The notes: generated by a model from the sequence alone, not told the origin. 60,118 bases of DNA, filler included, from Squatina squatina (GCA_031763465.1; 3 parts of 3 records of this genome joined end to end with filler, not necessarily neighbours in it); one strand, 5' to 3'. Numbered from the whole stretch's first letter, positions 11,568-24,228 are shown. Numbers and translations are program-made.

Positions 11568-11814
11568 CTAAAAAATAAAATACAAAAAAATAAAGCTAAG
11601 TAGAGTAAAATTCCACAAACCAGAGTAGGACATCATAAAGATAATGACCCATTTGGTCAGCAGTGTAGGAAATGTTGTAGCAAATCTAACACAATGGGGT
11701 AAACTTCACTTCATTATGTTAATACCCCAAAAAAGCTTGTATGACTGTTCTGATGAAGAATGTTGGTCCTGAAGAGATGGATTCTGTATTTTTGCAATCT
11801 GTTTTGGACCATCT

Positions 11815-12100
11815 CCCCTGTTCCACAGTGCCAATTTTTCCTTCCACCTCACCTCACCTCAGGTAGCTCATTCTCATCTTCCCAAAATCTGTCCTAATCC
11901 AATCTGGTATTCTAGTTTTTGTTTTGACTTTTTCCTTTTCCAGTTGGATCTTAAAACTCATCATATCATGATTATTCCCAAGGTGCTCATCCATATTTAG
12001 CTCACCTACCCAAACTATTTCCTTACTCACAACCAGATCTGGCAAGTCCTCCACCCTTGTAGGCCTACTAACATACTGCTCGAGAGGCTGGGTATCCTGC
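11815..12100 (-). mobile_element. CR1 LINE endonuclease-domain fragment
   Basis: ORF LEQYVSRPTRVEDLPDLVVSKE...EHLGNNHDMMSFKI matches the CR1 APE-endonuclease motifs PTR..LDLV and LG.SDH. Confidence 0.8.
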
Positions 12101-12327
12101 GGTGAGTGTCTCACCTCCTAACTCCCCAAAGCCTTTCCACCATCTACAAGGCACAAGTCAGGAGCGTGATGGAATACNNNNNNNNNNNNNNNNNNNNNNN
12201 NNNNNNNNNNNNNNNNNNNNNNNNNNNNNNNNNNNNNNNNNNNNNNNNNNNNNNNNNNNNNNNNNNNNNNNNNNNNNATGTTACATTCAATTCCATCGCC
12301 TAAATCATTAATATGTATTGTAAACAA
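12101..12327. mobile_element. Short LINE RT fragments on either side of an N gap
   Basis: Plus-strand LSTIYKAQVRSVMEY (12106-12177) and minus-strand FTIHINDLGDGIECN (12278-12327) are both CR1-group RT motifs. Confidence 0.7.
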
Positions 12328-12330
12328 CCT

Positions 12331-12488
12331 ACCGCAAATTCAGCTGGGCAGGCGCAAAGGCCTTTGCGCCCCAGCGAATTTCGAAGGAGGTGAGATGGCT
12401 GCCTCCGGACGGCAATTTTTAAAATAACGTCCCATTAGCGCCCCTCAGAGGCGTTACTGGGATGTTAAAAGAAGCCAATTTTGGCCCC
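12331..12488. mobile_element. Second (partial) copy of the 817-1578 MITE, right end
   Basis: aaattcagctgggcaggcgcaaaggcctttgcgccccagcgaattt...cccattagcgcccctcagaggcgttactggg...caattttggcccc aligns by eye to 1425-1578. Confidence 0.85.
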
Positions 12489-13540
12489 TTACAATTTTAT
12501 TTTGAAGCTGTTTTCCAGCTTTTTGATTGATTTTTCCCTCTGTCAGCATTTAGTTGCTAAGGACGTTTTGCGCAGTGTGTTTTGGCACTTGTTTTTTTGG
12601 GAATATCCACACTATTGACATAAGTGGTTGCACCATAGGAATTCTCCCTTACTTCGTTTTTTTGAACGATGAAATAGGGAAACAGAGGGACACTGCATCA
12701 GAAACAGATTGCACCCACCCAGTGCCTCCGCTACCTGCTGTCACCTCATGCAGTCGCATCTCCATTTCACCAGTTATCAAGCAGTGGGTTTAAATTGCAC
12801 CGCCCATCCCTTGGACAAAGAGTTGATTCCTACCTCTACATTTATTACGTTGACTACTGGGTTTTGATACCATTTCTTTTTGAGTGGCCTCCCGCGTGTG
12901 TAGTCAAGGCAAGCTCTGATTAGTCAAACCAAATTTAGGAATTTGCATAAAAAATGGGCACAGGAAGCTTACTTCAATAAAAAATAAAGGCCCCGGAAAT
13001 TTAACAGTGAGCCGAATGCCCATGTAAATCGGGTGGTTGGTTTCTGCTCTGTTGCATTGGTTATCGATGCACCCGTTGAATTTAACAATGCTGTATTTTT
13101 GCCCCTTGACTTTAATTGTACTTGTCCTTGCTCTGCTCCACTCTCTCCAGCTTTGGTAGTTCCTTCAATTGATTTTGTCCTTCTGTGGATCTTGCTTTTG
13201 TAATCCCCCAACTTCACCCCGATTTGACTGCTAACTCAAACGTACCTTCACTGCAACAGTTCTTACTGTCTCCTTCTGCCATGAGGGAAGCATGTCTGAT
13301 GGCCAAGCTCAGTGCTGTGTGTACTAGTCAAAGACAGTGAAAGTGGCATGCCTTATGGAAGCCACCAAGGCTTCCATTGATCAGGTATATAACCAACATG
13401 CACATGCCGCACAAAGTTGCCGGGCAACCTGTTGCACACAAGTCTTCCCTCAGACAAGCCTACGTAGGGCACATGTTATAGCAGTAACTTACAATTGAAA
13501 GATTTGACAATCAAATTCGACCTTCAAAGAGCTTCACACA

Positions 13541-14040
13541 AATAACAACAACTTGTATTTATATAGCACCTTTAACATAGCCATACGTCCCAAGGCACTT
13601 CACAGGAGTGTTATGAGACTTTAAATTTGACACCGAGCTGCAGAAGGAGAAATTAGGGCAGGTGACCAAAAGCTTGGTCAAAGAGGTAGGTTTTAAGGAG
13701 CGTCTTGAAGGAAGAAAGAGAGGTGGAGAAGTTTAGGCAGGGAATTCCAGAGCGTAGGGCCGAGACAACAGAAGGCACGGCCACCAATGGCTGAGCGATT
13801 ACAATCAGGGGTGCTCAAGCGGGCAGAATTAGAGGAATGCAGGCATCTGGGGGGTTGTGGGGCTGGAGGAGATTCCAGGGATAGGGAGGGGCGAGGCCAT
13901 GAAGGGATTTGAAAACAAGGATGAGAATTTTGAAATCAAGGCGTTGCTTAACCGGGAGCCAATGTAGGTCAGCGAGCGGAGGGGTGATGGGTGAGCAGGA
14001 CTTGGTGCGAGTTAGGACACAGGCAGCCAAATTTTGGATC
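13541..14040 (-). mobile_element. L2 LINE 3' end
   Basis: ORF QIQNLAACVLTRTKSCSPITPPLADLHWLPVKQRLDFKILILVFKSLHGLAPPY carries the L2 hallmark LHWLP...APPY; minus-strand tail GCTATATAAATACAAGTTGTTGTT. Confidence 0.9.
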
Positions 14041-14788
14041 TGAAAAGATTTGAGTTTACATGTAGACAATAATGTTTAAAAGCACTTCTAATTAAAGATT
14101 AGCATTAATCAAAAGTGTATGTTTTGCTCCGTAACTTTTACATTTTAGAGCTAACCTATTTCTATGACTTACAGATTTGCCCGATTTGCTGCCACTGTCC
14201 TGATTAGCCAGGGAATTCCTGTATATCTCTTCTCTCGGTTTACACCAACCCCATTTGTGGTATGTATTAACTATTAGATGCATGTGACTTTTGTACAGTA
14301 TTTCTTCAAACTTTGTATGTATGATACTGACTTGTTTCTGGATTTGTGTAAAATTTGAAAGCATGTAATAACAGCTTGAAAATCCTTGTGTTTAACATGT
14401 AATAGTCTCTTTTTTTCTTGGTAACAAGTTGATTTTTCCTTAGTTGTTCAACTTCCCGTTCAAATTAAAAACTGCTGTCGTCCTGTGGGGAAATGCTAAG
14501 GTTACNNNNNNNNNNNNNNNNNNNNNNNNNNNNNNNNNNNNNNNNNNNNNNNNNNNNNNNNNNNNNNNNNNNNNNNNNNNNNNNNNNNNNNNNNNNNNNN
14601 NNNNNTTAAAAAAAATTGTACAGCACTCTCTGAGCTTTGATTCTTAAGAACCAAGACAATTGATTTGTTCCTGATATCTGACTGATTACATTGAATATGA
14701 TTATCCAACTAGTAGTTTGTAATTAACAAGTACATATTTTAAATTCTTCCTTAAATATAACTCTCTGTCCCACTTCTTGTCTTTGTAG

Positions 14789-14872
14789 CCATTTACCGTG
14801 TCCCAGCTGAAACTGTGTGCAGGAATCATGGTAACAGCATCTCACAACCCCAAGGAGGATAATGGTTATAAG
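14789..14872 (+). CDS. PGM2: Phosphoglucomutase-2 (phosphopentomutase) internal exon carrying the catalytic phospho-Ser loop
   Basis: ctttgtag|CCA...TAT AAG|gtaatc, 84 nt, [28 protein letters not shown] with the TASHNP motif. Synteny with RELL1 and NWD2 favours PGM2 over PGM2L1. Not in the ORF track. Confidence 0.92.
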
Positions 14873-15264
14873 GTAATCATGCAATTCTTTATGCAGGACT
14901 GTTGTATTGTCATTTAACCCAAATTCATAGGCAGTGTTAGTTGACAAACCAGTTAAATTTTCCTCCTTCTACTTGGATATTTAATGAGGAAATACTGAGT
15001 ATGTACAATGATTAATGTACAATGGTTAATGTTCTGCAATGGTATTGGAAATAGGTTGCAAGAACACATCGAATTTCCCTAACAGATTGGCAAAGTTGTC
15101 TGTGAGAACGGTAGACGCTAGAAATTGGACTGAGCACATCACTAAAATGTGGTGGTGCATTTTTTTCTTCACTCTGCTTCTCGGGCCCTGTGTACACTGG
15201 CGGTGAAATAAGCTGATCTCCCATAGTGTGAGGTCAGCTCAGTTAACGTTTTAGCACTACACTA

Positions 15265-15364
15265 NNNNNNNNNNNNNNNNNNNNNNNNNNNNNNNNNNNN
15301 NNNNNNNNTTAATTAATTAANNNNNNNNNNNNNNNNNNNNNNNNNNNNNNNNNNNNNNNNNNNN
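15265..15364. other. Artificial scaffold-joining linker (44 N + TTAATTAATTAA + 44 N)
   Basis: Exactly 100 nt with a palindromic six-frame stop 12-mer at 15309-15320. An identical construct lies at 44073-44172, and the gene neighbourhood changes across it. Confidence 0.97.
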
Positions 15365-15760
15365 ACTTGGGCCTCAGCTTTTCACCATATATATCAATGG
15401 CTTGGGCGAAGGAATAGAGAGTTGTATATCCAAGTTTGCAGATCACACTAAGTTGGGATGCATGGTGCAGATGGGAGTAGAAAGTTACAAAGGGACATAG
15501 ACAGATTAAAAATGAGTGGGCACAGCTTATGGCAAATGAAGTTCAATGTGTGGAAGTGCAACATTATCCACTTTAAATCTGAGAAAGACATTTTGGAATA
15601 TTTTCTTAATGGTGAGAGATGAGGCGCTGTGGAAGAGCAAAAGGATTTGAGTGTCCATGTGCACAGATTACTAAAAGCTAGTACACGCATACAAAAAGAC
15701 TAATGGAATGTTGATCTTTATCTCAAGGGGGTTGGAATATAAAAGTGAGGGAGGAATGCT
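15365..15760 (+). mobile_element. CR1 LINE reverse-transcriptase fragment (degenerate)
   Basis: LGPQLFTIYINGLGEGIESCISKFAD...LQRDIDRL...WQMKFNVWKCNIIH across frameshifts. Confidence 0.85.
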
Positions 15761-15769
15761 CATTTGTAC

Positions 15770-17190
15770 ACAGCCCCATAATCCTCCACTGATCTCAGTC
15801 CAATATGTTTTCTGTAATAGAGACCAAAATTGTTCACAGTACTTCATGTGGATTCTCACCAGAAGCAGATACTACTTTGACTTAGAAAGCACAATCCTTA
15901 GCCTTACATCCCAACATCTCATTTACTTTCTCGACTGCTTGTGAACACTGACCCAATGGCTTTAATGATCTATCCACCAAAACACACAGATCTCTTTCTT
16001 GTTCTATTATCTCAAGCATGTTACTATTTAATATATAATCCACGTTCTTGATTCTTTTTAACTAATCTTATGACTTTAAACTTATCCGTGTTGAATTCCA
16101 TCTGACACATCCAGCCCATTGACGTAGCCTGTCCAAATCACTTTGGATTATCACACATTGATTGGCAATTCCATTAGTACCCTTGGATGGAATAATCCAG
16201 AGCCTACACCCTTGTTTATTCTATGTTTTTTTTTACTCATTTCCCTAATTTGTCTGTATATTTNNNNNNNNNNTTTTACCCTATCTAATATGCCTTCCCT
16301 TGTGATGCTAAGAGTTTCCAGCCTGCTCCCGATACTGTTGCCTCATTTTTGGCATCTCTTCCCTTCTTTCAGTGGTGAAAATGGTCACAAAATAGTGACA
16401 TAAAATTCTGCTACTTCCCTGTCCACATCCACCTCTCTTCCATCCTCACAACACTCCCCATTGCCACTGGTAAACGGTACGACATCACTCTGCAGCCTTC
16501 TCTTGCTCCTGATATATTTAAAGAACACTTTGTGATTGGCCTTTATATTTTCCACTATATTCTGCTCATGTTCTCTCTTTGTGCTTCTTGTCACTTCCTT
16601 AGCATTTTGCTGCTTGGTTCTGATGTTATCCATATCCTCTCCCTTCCCTGTACCTTTAAAAAAAATTGTATGCTCTTTTTTTCTATCTCCTAAATGTCTT
16701 TTGTGACTTTCTTTGTCATCCATGTCAGTTTTACTTTTGTTCGCAACTTGTTTTTGGAATAAAGTGCCTCTGTAATGTGAACAAGACTTCTTTAAAGCAA
16801 TTCAATTTTCCCTCTATATCCTTCCCTTTTACCAGTCCTTCACATTTCTTTTGTAAGCATTTCATCCCCTCAAAGTCTGTTCTCTTCAAATTCAGCTTCT
16901 TGATAGTTTTTATTTTCTATTCTGTCCTTACTTCAGCCTTAAAAGTAGCACCACATTCACTGAACTGCAGATGTTCCCGGATTTCAATATGGCTCATTAC
17001 TTACTTGTCATTAATTAGGAACAAATCCAATACTGCCATCTCCGTTATGGATTTCTTCGCTTGCTGCTTAAGAAAAGATTATTGAACTACTTCAATAAAC
17101 CCCCACTTGCCTGCAGATTATTCCAATTGCATGTCCAAGTCTATGTCAGGGAGATTAATATCTCCCATGATTACAACTGAGCCTTCGCAC
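15770..17190 (-). mobile_element. Old CR1 LINE fragments (RT and endonuclease/linker region)
   Basis: Minus-strand KREHEQNIVENIKANHKVFFKYIRSKRR, the MGDINLPDID-type endonuclease motif near 17140-17175, and a WQMEFN.DK-like segment near 16080-16130. Confidence 0.7.
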
Positions 17191-17748
17191 TACATTTAAA
17201 AAAAAATGATCACGCACAGCAAAACATTCGCCTGCCTTTTAATTTTGTGGGGACCAATAACCACCGCAGTTTTCCACCCTTTCAATCTTCCAGATCAATC
17301 TAAAGAAATCCAGTATGAATCTCCAGTTATTTCCCTCAAAGTATTATGTTTACTTCTCTAAGTTCTATAACTACAATCATTTTTCAAACAATTAAAAGAA
17401 AAGAGGGTGTTAAGTGTAATGACAATTCTTTTCAACTGTTCAACTTTCCAAGAGTTCTAATGATGATGGTCACTGCTAAAGGGAAATATATATAACTTAG
17501 ATATATTTGCAATGCTACACTTGCAATAAAGCACATACAATATCCTAAATGTTTGTATTATATTGGACTTTATATTCTCAAAAATAGATAAAATCTGCTA
17601 TCCTCAATTTATTTACAGACATGTTTAGAAAAAAACACTAAGATTTTCTTTTATGCTAAACTATTTTTTGTGTGTTCATTGGTAGATGACTCTGGAAAAT
17701 GTAGCACAATGCTTTATATTATTCAACTCAATAATGTTTCTAGTTTAC

Positions 17749-17940
17749 CTTAACTTCTGCAGTAAGAAACAAATCAAATTGTTTATGGAACTCTTTAGGA
17801 TTGGTAAGCTTGTGGTCTTTGGCAGTTTCAAGGAACTTCTCAATATCTTGGAGTGCACCTTCAGCTCCTTCTTGTGTTTGACACTTATCCACTGCTTGAG
17901 ATGCCAGGAGATAGATCCCTGTTTCACACCACTCCTTGGC
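17749..17940 (-). CDS. MCF2L2: MCF2L2 spectrin-repeat region exon (192 nt, phase 0-0)
   Basis: tttaag|GCC...GTT AAG|gtaaac; AKEWCETGIYLLASQAVDKCQTQEGAEGALQDIEKFLETAKDHKLTNPKEFHKQFDLFLTAEVK versus human WCEAGIYLLASQAVDKCQSREG. Confidence 0.92.
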
Positions 17941-19877
17941 CTTAAAGGACAAAATAAAATAATTAATAATAGAATTTCAATAAACAGTTGCTTGTTTTGT
18001 GAGGAATAAAGGTGGTTTCCGTGGTGACATAATCTCAATTTTCATAAGCTCTTTGCAACAATGCTTCCACTGGCCTGAAAGTTAAAACACAGCCATTACT
18101 GGAATTTAAAAGAAAAGAGAATTAAAACAGACCTCTCTTTTAATGGGAATCTGGAAAATTTCCCAGTACTATAGCATCTACGGAGCGAGGAATTACTTTC
18201 AGCAAGCAAAAACCGGAAACTATTCAAGAATTGAGAGTTTTGGTTTTTAAGAATGACCTGCCCGTAGAAAGCTGTAAATTGAATTACATTGTCACAAGGA
18301 TTTGCTGTAATGAAAATAAAGTTGCTCAGGAAGTTAGTTCTGCTCCCTAATCTTGCTGGTTTAATGAGTAAAACTAGAATGACAGAAATGACANNNNNNN
18401 NNNNNNNNNNNNNNNNNNNNNNNNNNNNNNNNNNNNNNNNNNNNNNNNNNNNNNNNNNNNNNNNNNNNNNNNNNNNNNNNNNNNNNNNNNNNNNNNNNNN
18501 NNNNNNNNNNNNNNNNNNNNNNNNNNNNNNNNNNNNNNNNNNNNNNNNNNNNNNNNNNNNNNNNNNNNNNNNNNNNNNNNNNNNNNNNNNNNNNNNNNNN
18601 NNNNNNNNNNNNNNNNNNNNNNNNNNNNNNNNNNNNNNNNNNNNNNNNNNNNNNNNNNNNNNNNNNNNNNNNNNNNNNNNNNNNNNNNNNNNNNNNNNNN
18701 NNNNNNNNNNNNNNNNNNNNNNNNNNNNNNNNNNNNNNNNNNNNNNNNNNNNNNNNNNNNNNNNNNNNNNNNNNNNNNNNNNNNNNNNNNNNNNNNNNNN
18801 NNNNNNNNNNNNNNNNNNNNNNNNNNNNNNNNNNNNNNNNNNNNNNNNNNNNNNNNNNNNNNNNNNNNNNNNNNNNNNNNNNNNNNNNNNNNNNNNNNNN
18901 NNNNNNNNNNNNTATAAACCTAGAGATGCTGTTGCCAATATTAGAGGACAAAAGCTTAACTTATTTGTAACACTCTCCTGTGCATGCTATTTTAGCATTA
19001 AAATAGAGGACTTCAAGAAAAAAATGGTGGAGATTCTTCTTGATGTCTTTGGTTTCCCTGCCACAAACAACTGGCTGCATTGTATATTTGTTACCAAAAA
19101 GGTCATTCAATTTAATTTGCAAATACATTTTTCATGATAACTGAAAATAGGTATTTTTCTTCTAATAGTGGGAATCTTTACTTGTTATACTGAAAGGAAA
19201 AACATGTTGGGGATCTTTTTTCAGAATACTCTGGCAGCAGGTGAGGTTCCCTGTTGACCAGGCAAAATTGGAAAATTGACCCCTTCAATTAAATACGCCA
19301 ACTGTACTTCTGAAACACCCCAATCTGTTTTTACTTTTTAAATAGTCAAATTAGATAATTGAAAGTAATGGCGAGGGATGGATTTGTGCCAGTGGTACTC
19401 TCAGCTACATATCCCAATGCAGTATTTGCAAAAAGTCTAATGACAGCTAATCAGTGCTCTAAAGATTCTGCCAACTGCCCAAGAAACTGAATATAATTTT
19501 TAGTTGAAAAGAAGTGCAAATCACTAAATGTACATGAGAGCACTACTGGCCTTTGGTACATCATCACTAAATAACATTGTTTGTCACTAATGTTTTTGGC
19601 AAGCTTGGGAATCAGACCAGGAAATTAGGATGGTGAAGCCCATTTGTGGGATTCTGGACCACTGGTGGATGTAAAAAGTTATTGGAACATGAAATAAGCA
19701 TATTTCCAACCTGGAACAGATGATCAGCTGAATAATCATTTAGTGGCTTAACGGGTAGCACTGGGGAAGTTTAAATTACTTGGCTATTTTGTTATAAAAT
19801 TACCAGACTTTATAAGGATAAATGTAGAGGAGGGAGTTCATCTGTTGAGGCCTAAAGGATATTTTAGTGTCATTTAC

Positions 19878-19997
19878 CTGTGCTTTCTCTTCCTGCAGTT
19901 GGAGTTCCTTTAGGAGGTGTTCCACACAGGCTACACTGTCTCCAATGTCAGTGAATGCAGCCTGTGTTTCCATTAGGCAATCCAGAATGACTTTCAC
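19878..19997 (-). CDS. MCF2L2: MCF2L2 exon (120 nt, phase 0-0)
   Basis: ttgcag|GTG...GCA CAG|gtaaat; VKVILDCLMETQAAFTDIGDSVACVEHLLKELQLQEEKAQ. Confidence 0.92.
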
Positions 19998-20474
19998 CTG
20001 CAAACAGGCAACAAGCAGCAACTGTGACCAGTTTCCACCCCTTCATTTCAATTTTATCATTGCACTTAGAAATTGGCATTGTATATTTACTCGTATCTCA
20101 ATAGCCTGTCACATGAGTTTGGATCTCCAAATTGATCTCTGGTTAGATCTTACTGGATTAAGGCAACATATGGTTAGTATTCAGTCAATATTATATGATT
20201 AGTTAAGGTAAATGCTTCTCAAGTTTTAGTACAGATACTGTAACTTTAAAATTAAACCTAGCTGCAGAACTAGAAGTTGGTGAAAAAAAAAATCAAAATT
20301 TGTACTTAATGCAGATCAAAAATTGGAATTTTACTGATTTGGATTTTCCAATGTGTTGCAAGCAAAACATACATACATGTTTGGAAATATTCAATATACA
20401 TAGTTCCACAAATGATCCTAATATTGAACTTGTATTCTATACGATTGGATCCCCCTAGCATTGCTCGTCATATA

Positions 20475-20632
20475 AAGAACTTGCATCTATATAGAAACAT
20501 TCACGCCCACATCCTAAAGTGCTTCACAGCCAATGAATTACTTTTGAAATGGAGTCACTATTGTTTTGGGAGGAAACTTGGCAGCCAATTTGTTCACAGC
20601 CAAGTCCCAGAAACAGCAATGACATAAATGTT
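20475..20632 (-). mobile_element. DeuSINE (SacSINE1-like) 3' part
   Basis: Reverse complement contains the Deu core (TTGCTGTTTCTGGGACTTGGCTGTGAACAAATTGGCTGCC) and an L2-derived tail (CTATATAGATGCAAGTTCTT). Confidence 0.7.
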
Positions 20633-20738
20633 TTGGTGNNNNNNNNNNNNNNNNNNNNNNNNNNNNNNNNNNNNNNNNNNNNNNNNNNNNNNNNNNNNNN
20701 NNNNNNNNNNNNNNNNNNNNNNNNNNNNNNNNNNNNNN

Positions 20739-21109
20739 GCAAGCGATTACCAGGAGGGCAGAGGAAATGCTTCAAGGACGTCCTCAAAGCCTCCCTGAAA
20801 AAATGTAACATCCCCGCTGACTCGTGGGAATCTCTGGCCCAAGACCGCCCGAACTGGAGGAGAAGCATCCATAAAGGCACCAACCACTTCGAGCTTCTCC
20901 GGCGGGAGCACAGGGAGGCCAAACGCAGGCAGCGGAAGGAGCGCGCAGAAATCCGAGCATCCCATCCACTTGCCCTATCAAATATCACCTGCTCCACCTG
21001 GGGTAGAGTTTATGGATCCCGAATAGGACTATTTAGTCACTTCAGAACCCACAACCCCAGAATGGAAGCAAGTTGTCCTCAAGGCCGAGGGACTGCCTAA
21101 GAAGAAGAA
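20739..21109 (+). mobile_element. RTE-clade LINE 3' end
   Basis: KRLPGGQRKCFKDVLKASLKKCNIPADSWESLAQDRPNWRRSIHKG...CSTWGRVYGSRIGLFSHFRTH (RTE C-terminus with decayed C2H2 finger), followed by a (GAA)n tail. Confidence 0.88.
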
Positions 21110-21405
21110 TGGGAGAATCTTACTGGAGGTATAAACATTTAAATGGGGTAATAGCTCTACTAAAATAGCAAAGGGACATCCTCCAAAGGAGTTAAGCATT
21201 CATATGCTAATATTGCTAACAGTACCTTCTAGGCTTAAGTGTTGCATTCTAAGCATCTGTCAGAAAGCAAGAAAAAAATTATTGGTTTCCCATTGCTGTT
21301 TTCATAGACATAAATTAGTTCCCATTAAAAAAAAATGATTTGCTCCTCAAACTGATCATGATATTGAAATGTAGTAAAACACATAGCCACCATAACATCT
21401 ACTAC

Positions 21406-21555
21406 CTTTAGATCATTGTGTTTTTCTGTGTGAGTCGTGAGCAGTATTTTTGTGGACTGGACATCATTGGGTAATTCAGTCTCTGCAAGTTCAATGCCAA
21501 ACGATTGTAATAGCTGTGCTGTTGTTTTCACTGTCATAGCAAAATTTTCTATGGC
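21406..21555 (-). CDS. MCF2L2: MCF2L2 exon (150 nt, phase 0-0)
   Basis: ttttcag|GCC...CTA AAG|gtagta; AIENFAMTVKTTAQLLQSFGIELAETELPNDVQSTKILLTTHTEKHNDLK. Confidence 0.93.
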
Positions 21556-22864
21556 CTGAAAAGAAATATTTGGGATTTCAATAAAATTTTACAACCTAAG
21601 CATAAGTCCGATATATTTTCTCTCAATTTCATCTTAAATTGTTCAGCTCAAAAACATAAATAGTGCATTATAAGAATTTGTGTGCACTTGAAAGCTGTAA
21701 TAAATTTTTAATACAAAATATTGAACTCTGGACAGATCAGATAAATTCAGGGAAGACATACACAGAACTGTTAATGTCAAACTGAACCACAATTTCATCA
21801 GGAATCATGGCAGTCTTATAACCTATTCAGACTACATAATATACATTTATTGATAAAAGCATTTCTACTTGTCACTGTAAACCATAGAGAAATCAATAGC
21901 ACATCAATGGGCAAATTTTATTAAAAAAGTGTTTCAAAGGGTATTCAACACATACCGAAATTTATAAATATACTGCTAAACTGCTCTATACCTTAAGCTT
22001 CATGAATAGTTGGTTACAATAAGTAAAGGCAATACACCGTTCATTATTTGCCTATTCAAAAGAACAGCATATACACACCTGCAATATAAATTTCTGATCT
22101 ACATATTTTTTGGCAATGCTGGGTTGGAATTCTTGACTCTCCAAAAATCGAATGAAGAATTCATATACAAGCTGCAATAGATAATTAAAAAGTTAAATTA
22201 CAAAAAAGGCAAAAACACTTATTCATACCTAAATGGAAAACTATCAGCACAAAAGGTCAAGTTTAAAAGGATCTGCTTTCAATAATCAATTCCTGCTGAT
22301 TTCCAAATTTCTCCCGCCACCAAAAAAAAGTCAGTTAATGTAGGTAGAAAAGCCTATACGCACCACCACACACAAATGAAGATTTCAGTGCTTCAGTGAA
22401 AGATGCATCACATTGCAATACAGATGAAATTAATGGTCATGATCCAAAGTTATGCTAGCAATTCCTATCTGTATGTGAACATTGAATAAATAATAAATCA
22501 ATTCTGAAGCAGAGAACACTTTTGAACATTTCCCTCCTGGCAGAGCAACAATGGGACATCGCTCAGGATGAGAGGAACCGGGAACCGGGAAGTGGGAGGA
22601 AATTCACTGGAACCGAAGTATGATGAGACAGTGGCGGACCACCCTTCCAGAATCCCAATTGTTTGCCTGCCTCCTCCATCGCTGGTGTTGCTGCTCCTGC
22701 TCCTCCTCATCCTCCTNNNNNNNNNNNNNNNNNNNNNNNNNNNNNNNNNNNNNNNNNNNNNNNNNNNNNNNNNNNNNNNNNNNNNNNNNNNNNNNNNNNN
22801 NNNNNNNNNNNNNNNNCCAAAAGGGTGGAGAGCCTGAATGTTTGCTGTGGCAGCATGGGATGTG

Positions 22865-23120
22865 CATCTGTTTTTCTTAGAACAGGGGAGATTATGGGGT
22901 GATTTGATGGATGTGATTAAAACTATAAAGGGAATGAGACAGACTGCTCCATTGATCGAGGACGGGACATAGATTTAACAATAAATGCAAGAGATTTAGG
23001 ACAATGAACAGGGGAATCCTTTTTTACATAGAGGGTTGCACGTTTGTGGAACGCGCTGTCTGAGTTAGTGATTGAAGCAGAAACCATATCAACATTTAAG
23101 AATAGCTTAGATAGTTGTGT
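22865..23120 (+). mobile_element. CR1 LINE 3' fragment
   Basis: LFSLEQGRLWGDLMDVIKTIKG-like coding sequence and ttttacatagagggttgcacgtttgtggaacgcgctg. Confidence 0.75.
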
Positions 23121-23599
23121 TGGAAACAGGGATTGTTATTGTGGTAAGAAAGCTGTTAAAAAAGTACATACAGAATAAGGATGAATGATATGGACTGGGA
23201 CTTTGATCAGATTAATCTACAGCTGATACAAATGACAGGAGCGAGGTGATAGTGTCTGACATAGCAGGGGAATGCCAAGGTTTATCTTTGCCTGCAAGCA
23301 ATTAAAGTGATACATCACTGTGAATATTCACTAAACAATCATTTGGGAGAGGAGAAAAATGTAGTTTTCAAACATAAGCTGTAAACTGGATAGTGTGAAA
23401 ATGTCAATGTGTGTGTGGCTTTGAATCATCCATGTAATCACCTATAGCTGTAGAGCCTATTGGAAGAAGTTGTAGTTGTCACACTTCTCCAAAGAAAAGG
23501 CATAAAAAGATATTGTCCAGAATTTGCTATCATTCATGGGTAAATGGTACAGAAACTTCAGGTGAGGAGCAGATGTGCAGTTAAATGTGAATATCCAAA

Positions 23600-24228
23600 G
23601 ATGCTGTTGGAGTTGCGATGCTCTTCCATTAGCTTCACGAAAATGGCATCTCGCCCTTAGCCTCCCCGTTTTCTTTTTTAGGAACTTGCTGTATTTGTCC
23701 ATTAAACTCGCCACAGAAAGTTAAGGCTTGTCATTACAAGCATAAGTACCCTTATGATAAGTGTTAATTACTGCCAGTCAATCTCTTTGGCACCAAAAAT
23801 TCACTATTACAAGTGTGGAGTTTTATTCCTTCAGGTTTTGAATTTTTCAGGGAGATTTTAAAAATGTCAAGTTTTTCATTTTAATTTTTTTTTACTTTCC
23901 CTTTCTGCCTCTTTTTTTCTCTTTCTCTTAATCCAATCTTTCATTCCCTCTCTTTATTCCTCGTTCTGTATCTGATTTGACATTGAATTCACCCCTTTAA
24001 TTCACCCTTGTTCTCAGTCCTTCCTGTGTTTAATTCTGAATCTTTAAATCTTATTGGTTAAGGAGATAGCCAGTTGGTTGCCCTATTCATTTAGGTCCCA
24101 GATGTTCTGTTTCCTGCGCTGCGTCGTTATCAGCTCACACTTCCAGCAACTTTGTGGGCAAACATTTTTTGAGCTGAAAGATTCCGAGGCAGACAGTTAG
24201 ATGCCCTGCTACAGCAAAATCTGGCCCA
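23600..24228. repeat. Unclassified dispersed repeat, copy 1
   Basis: 23744-23840 (aagtaccct...ttaattactgccagtcaatctctttggcaccaaaaattcactattacaagtgtggagttttattccttcag) aligns with 28921-29025; ends in gcaaaatctggccc. Confidence 0.65.

Noticed and set aside
15309-15320. Perfect palindrome TTAATTAATTAA as a regulatory or recombination site
   Set aside because: Centred in symmetric 44-N runs and repeated identically at 44117; synthetic linker.
18096-19137. Long ORFs of 200-340 aa (also near 35550, 57170, 58360)
   Set aside because: Almost entirely X residues from N gaps.
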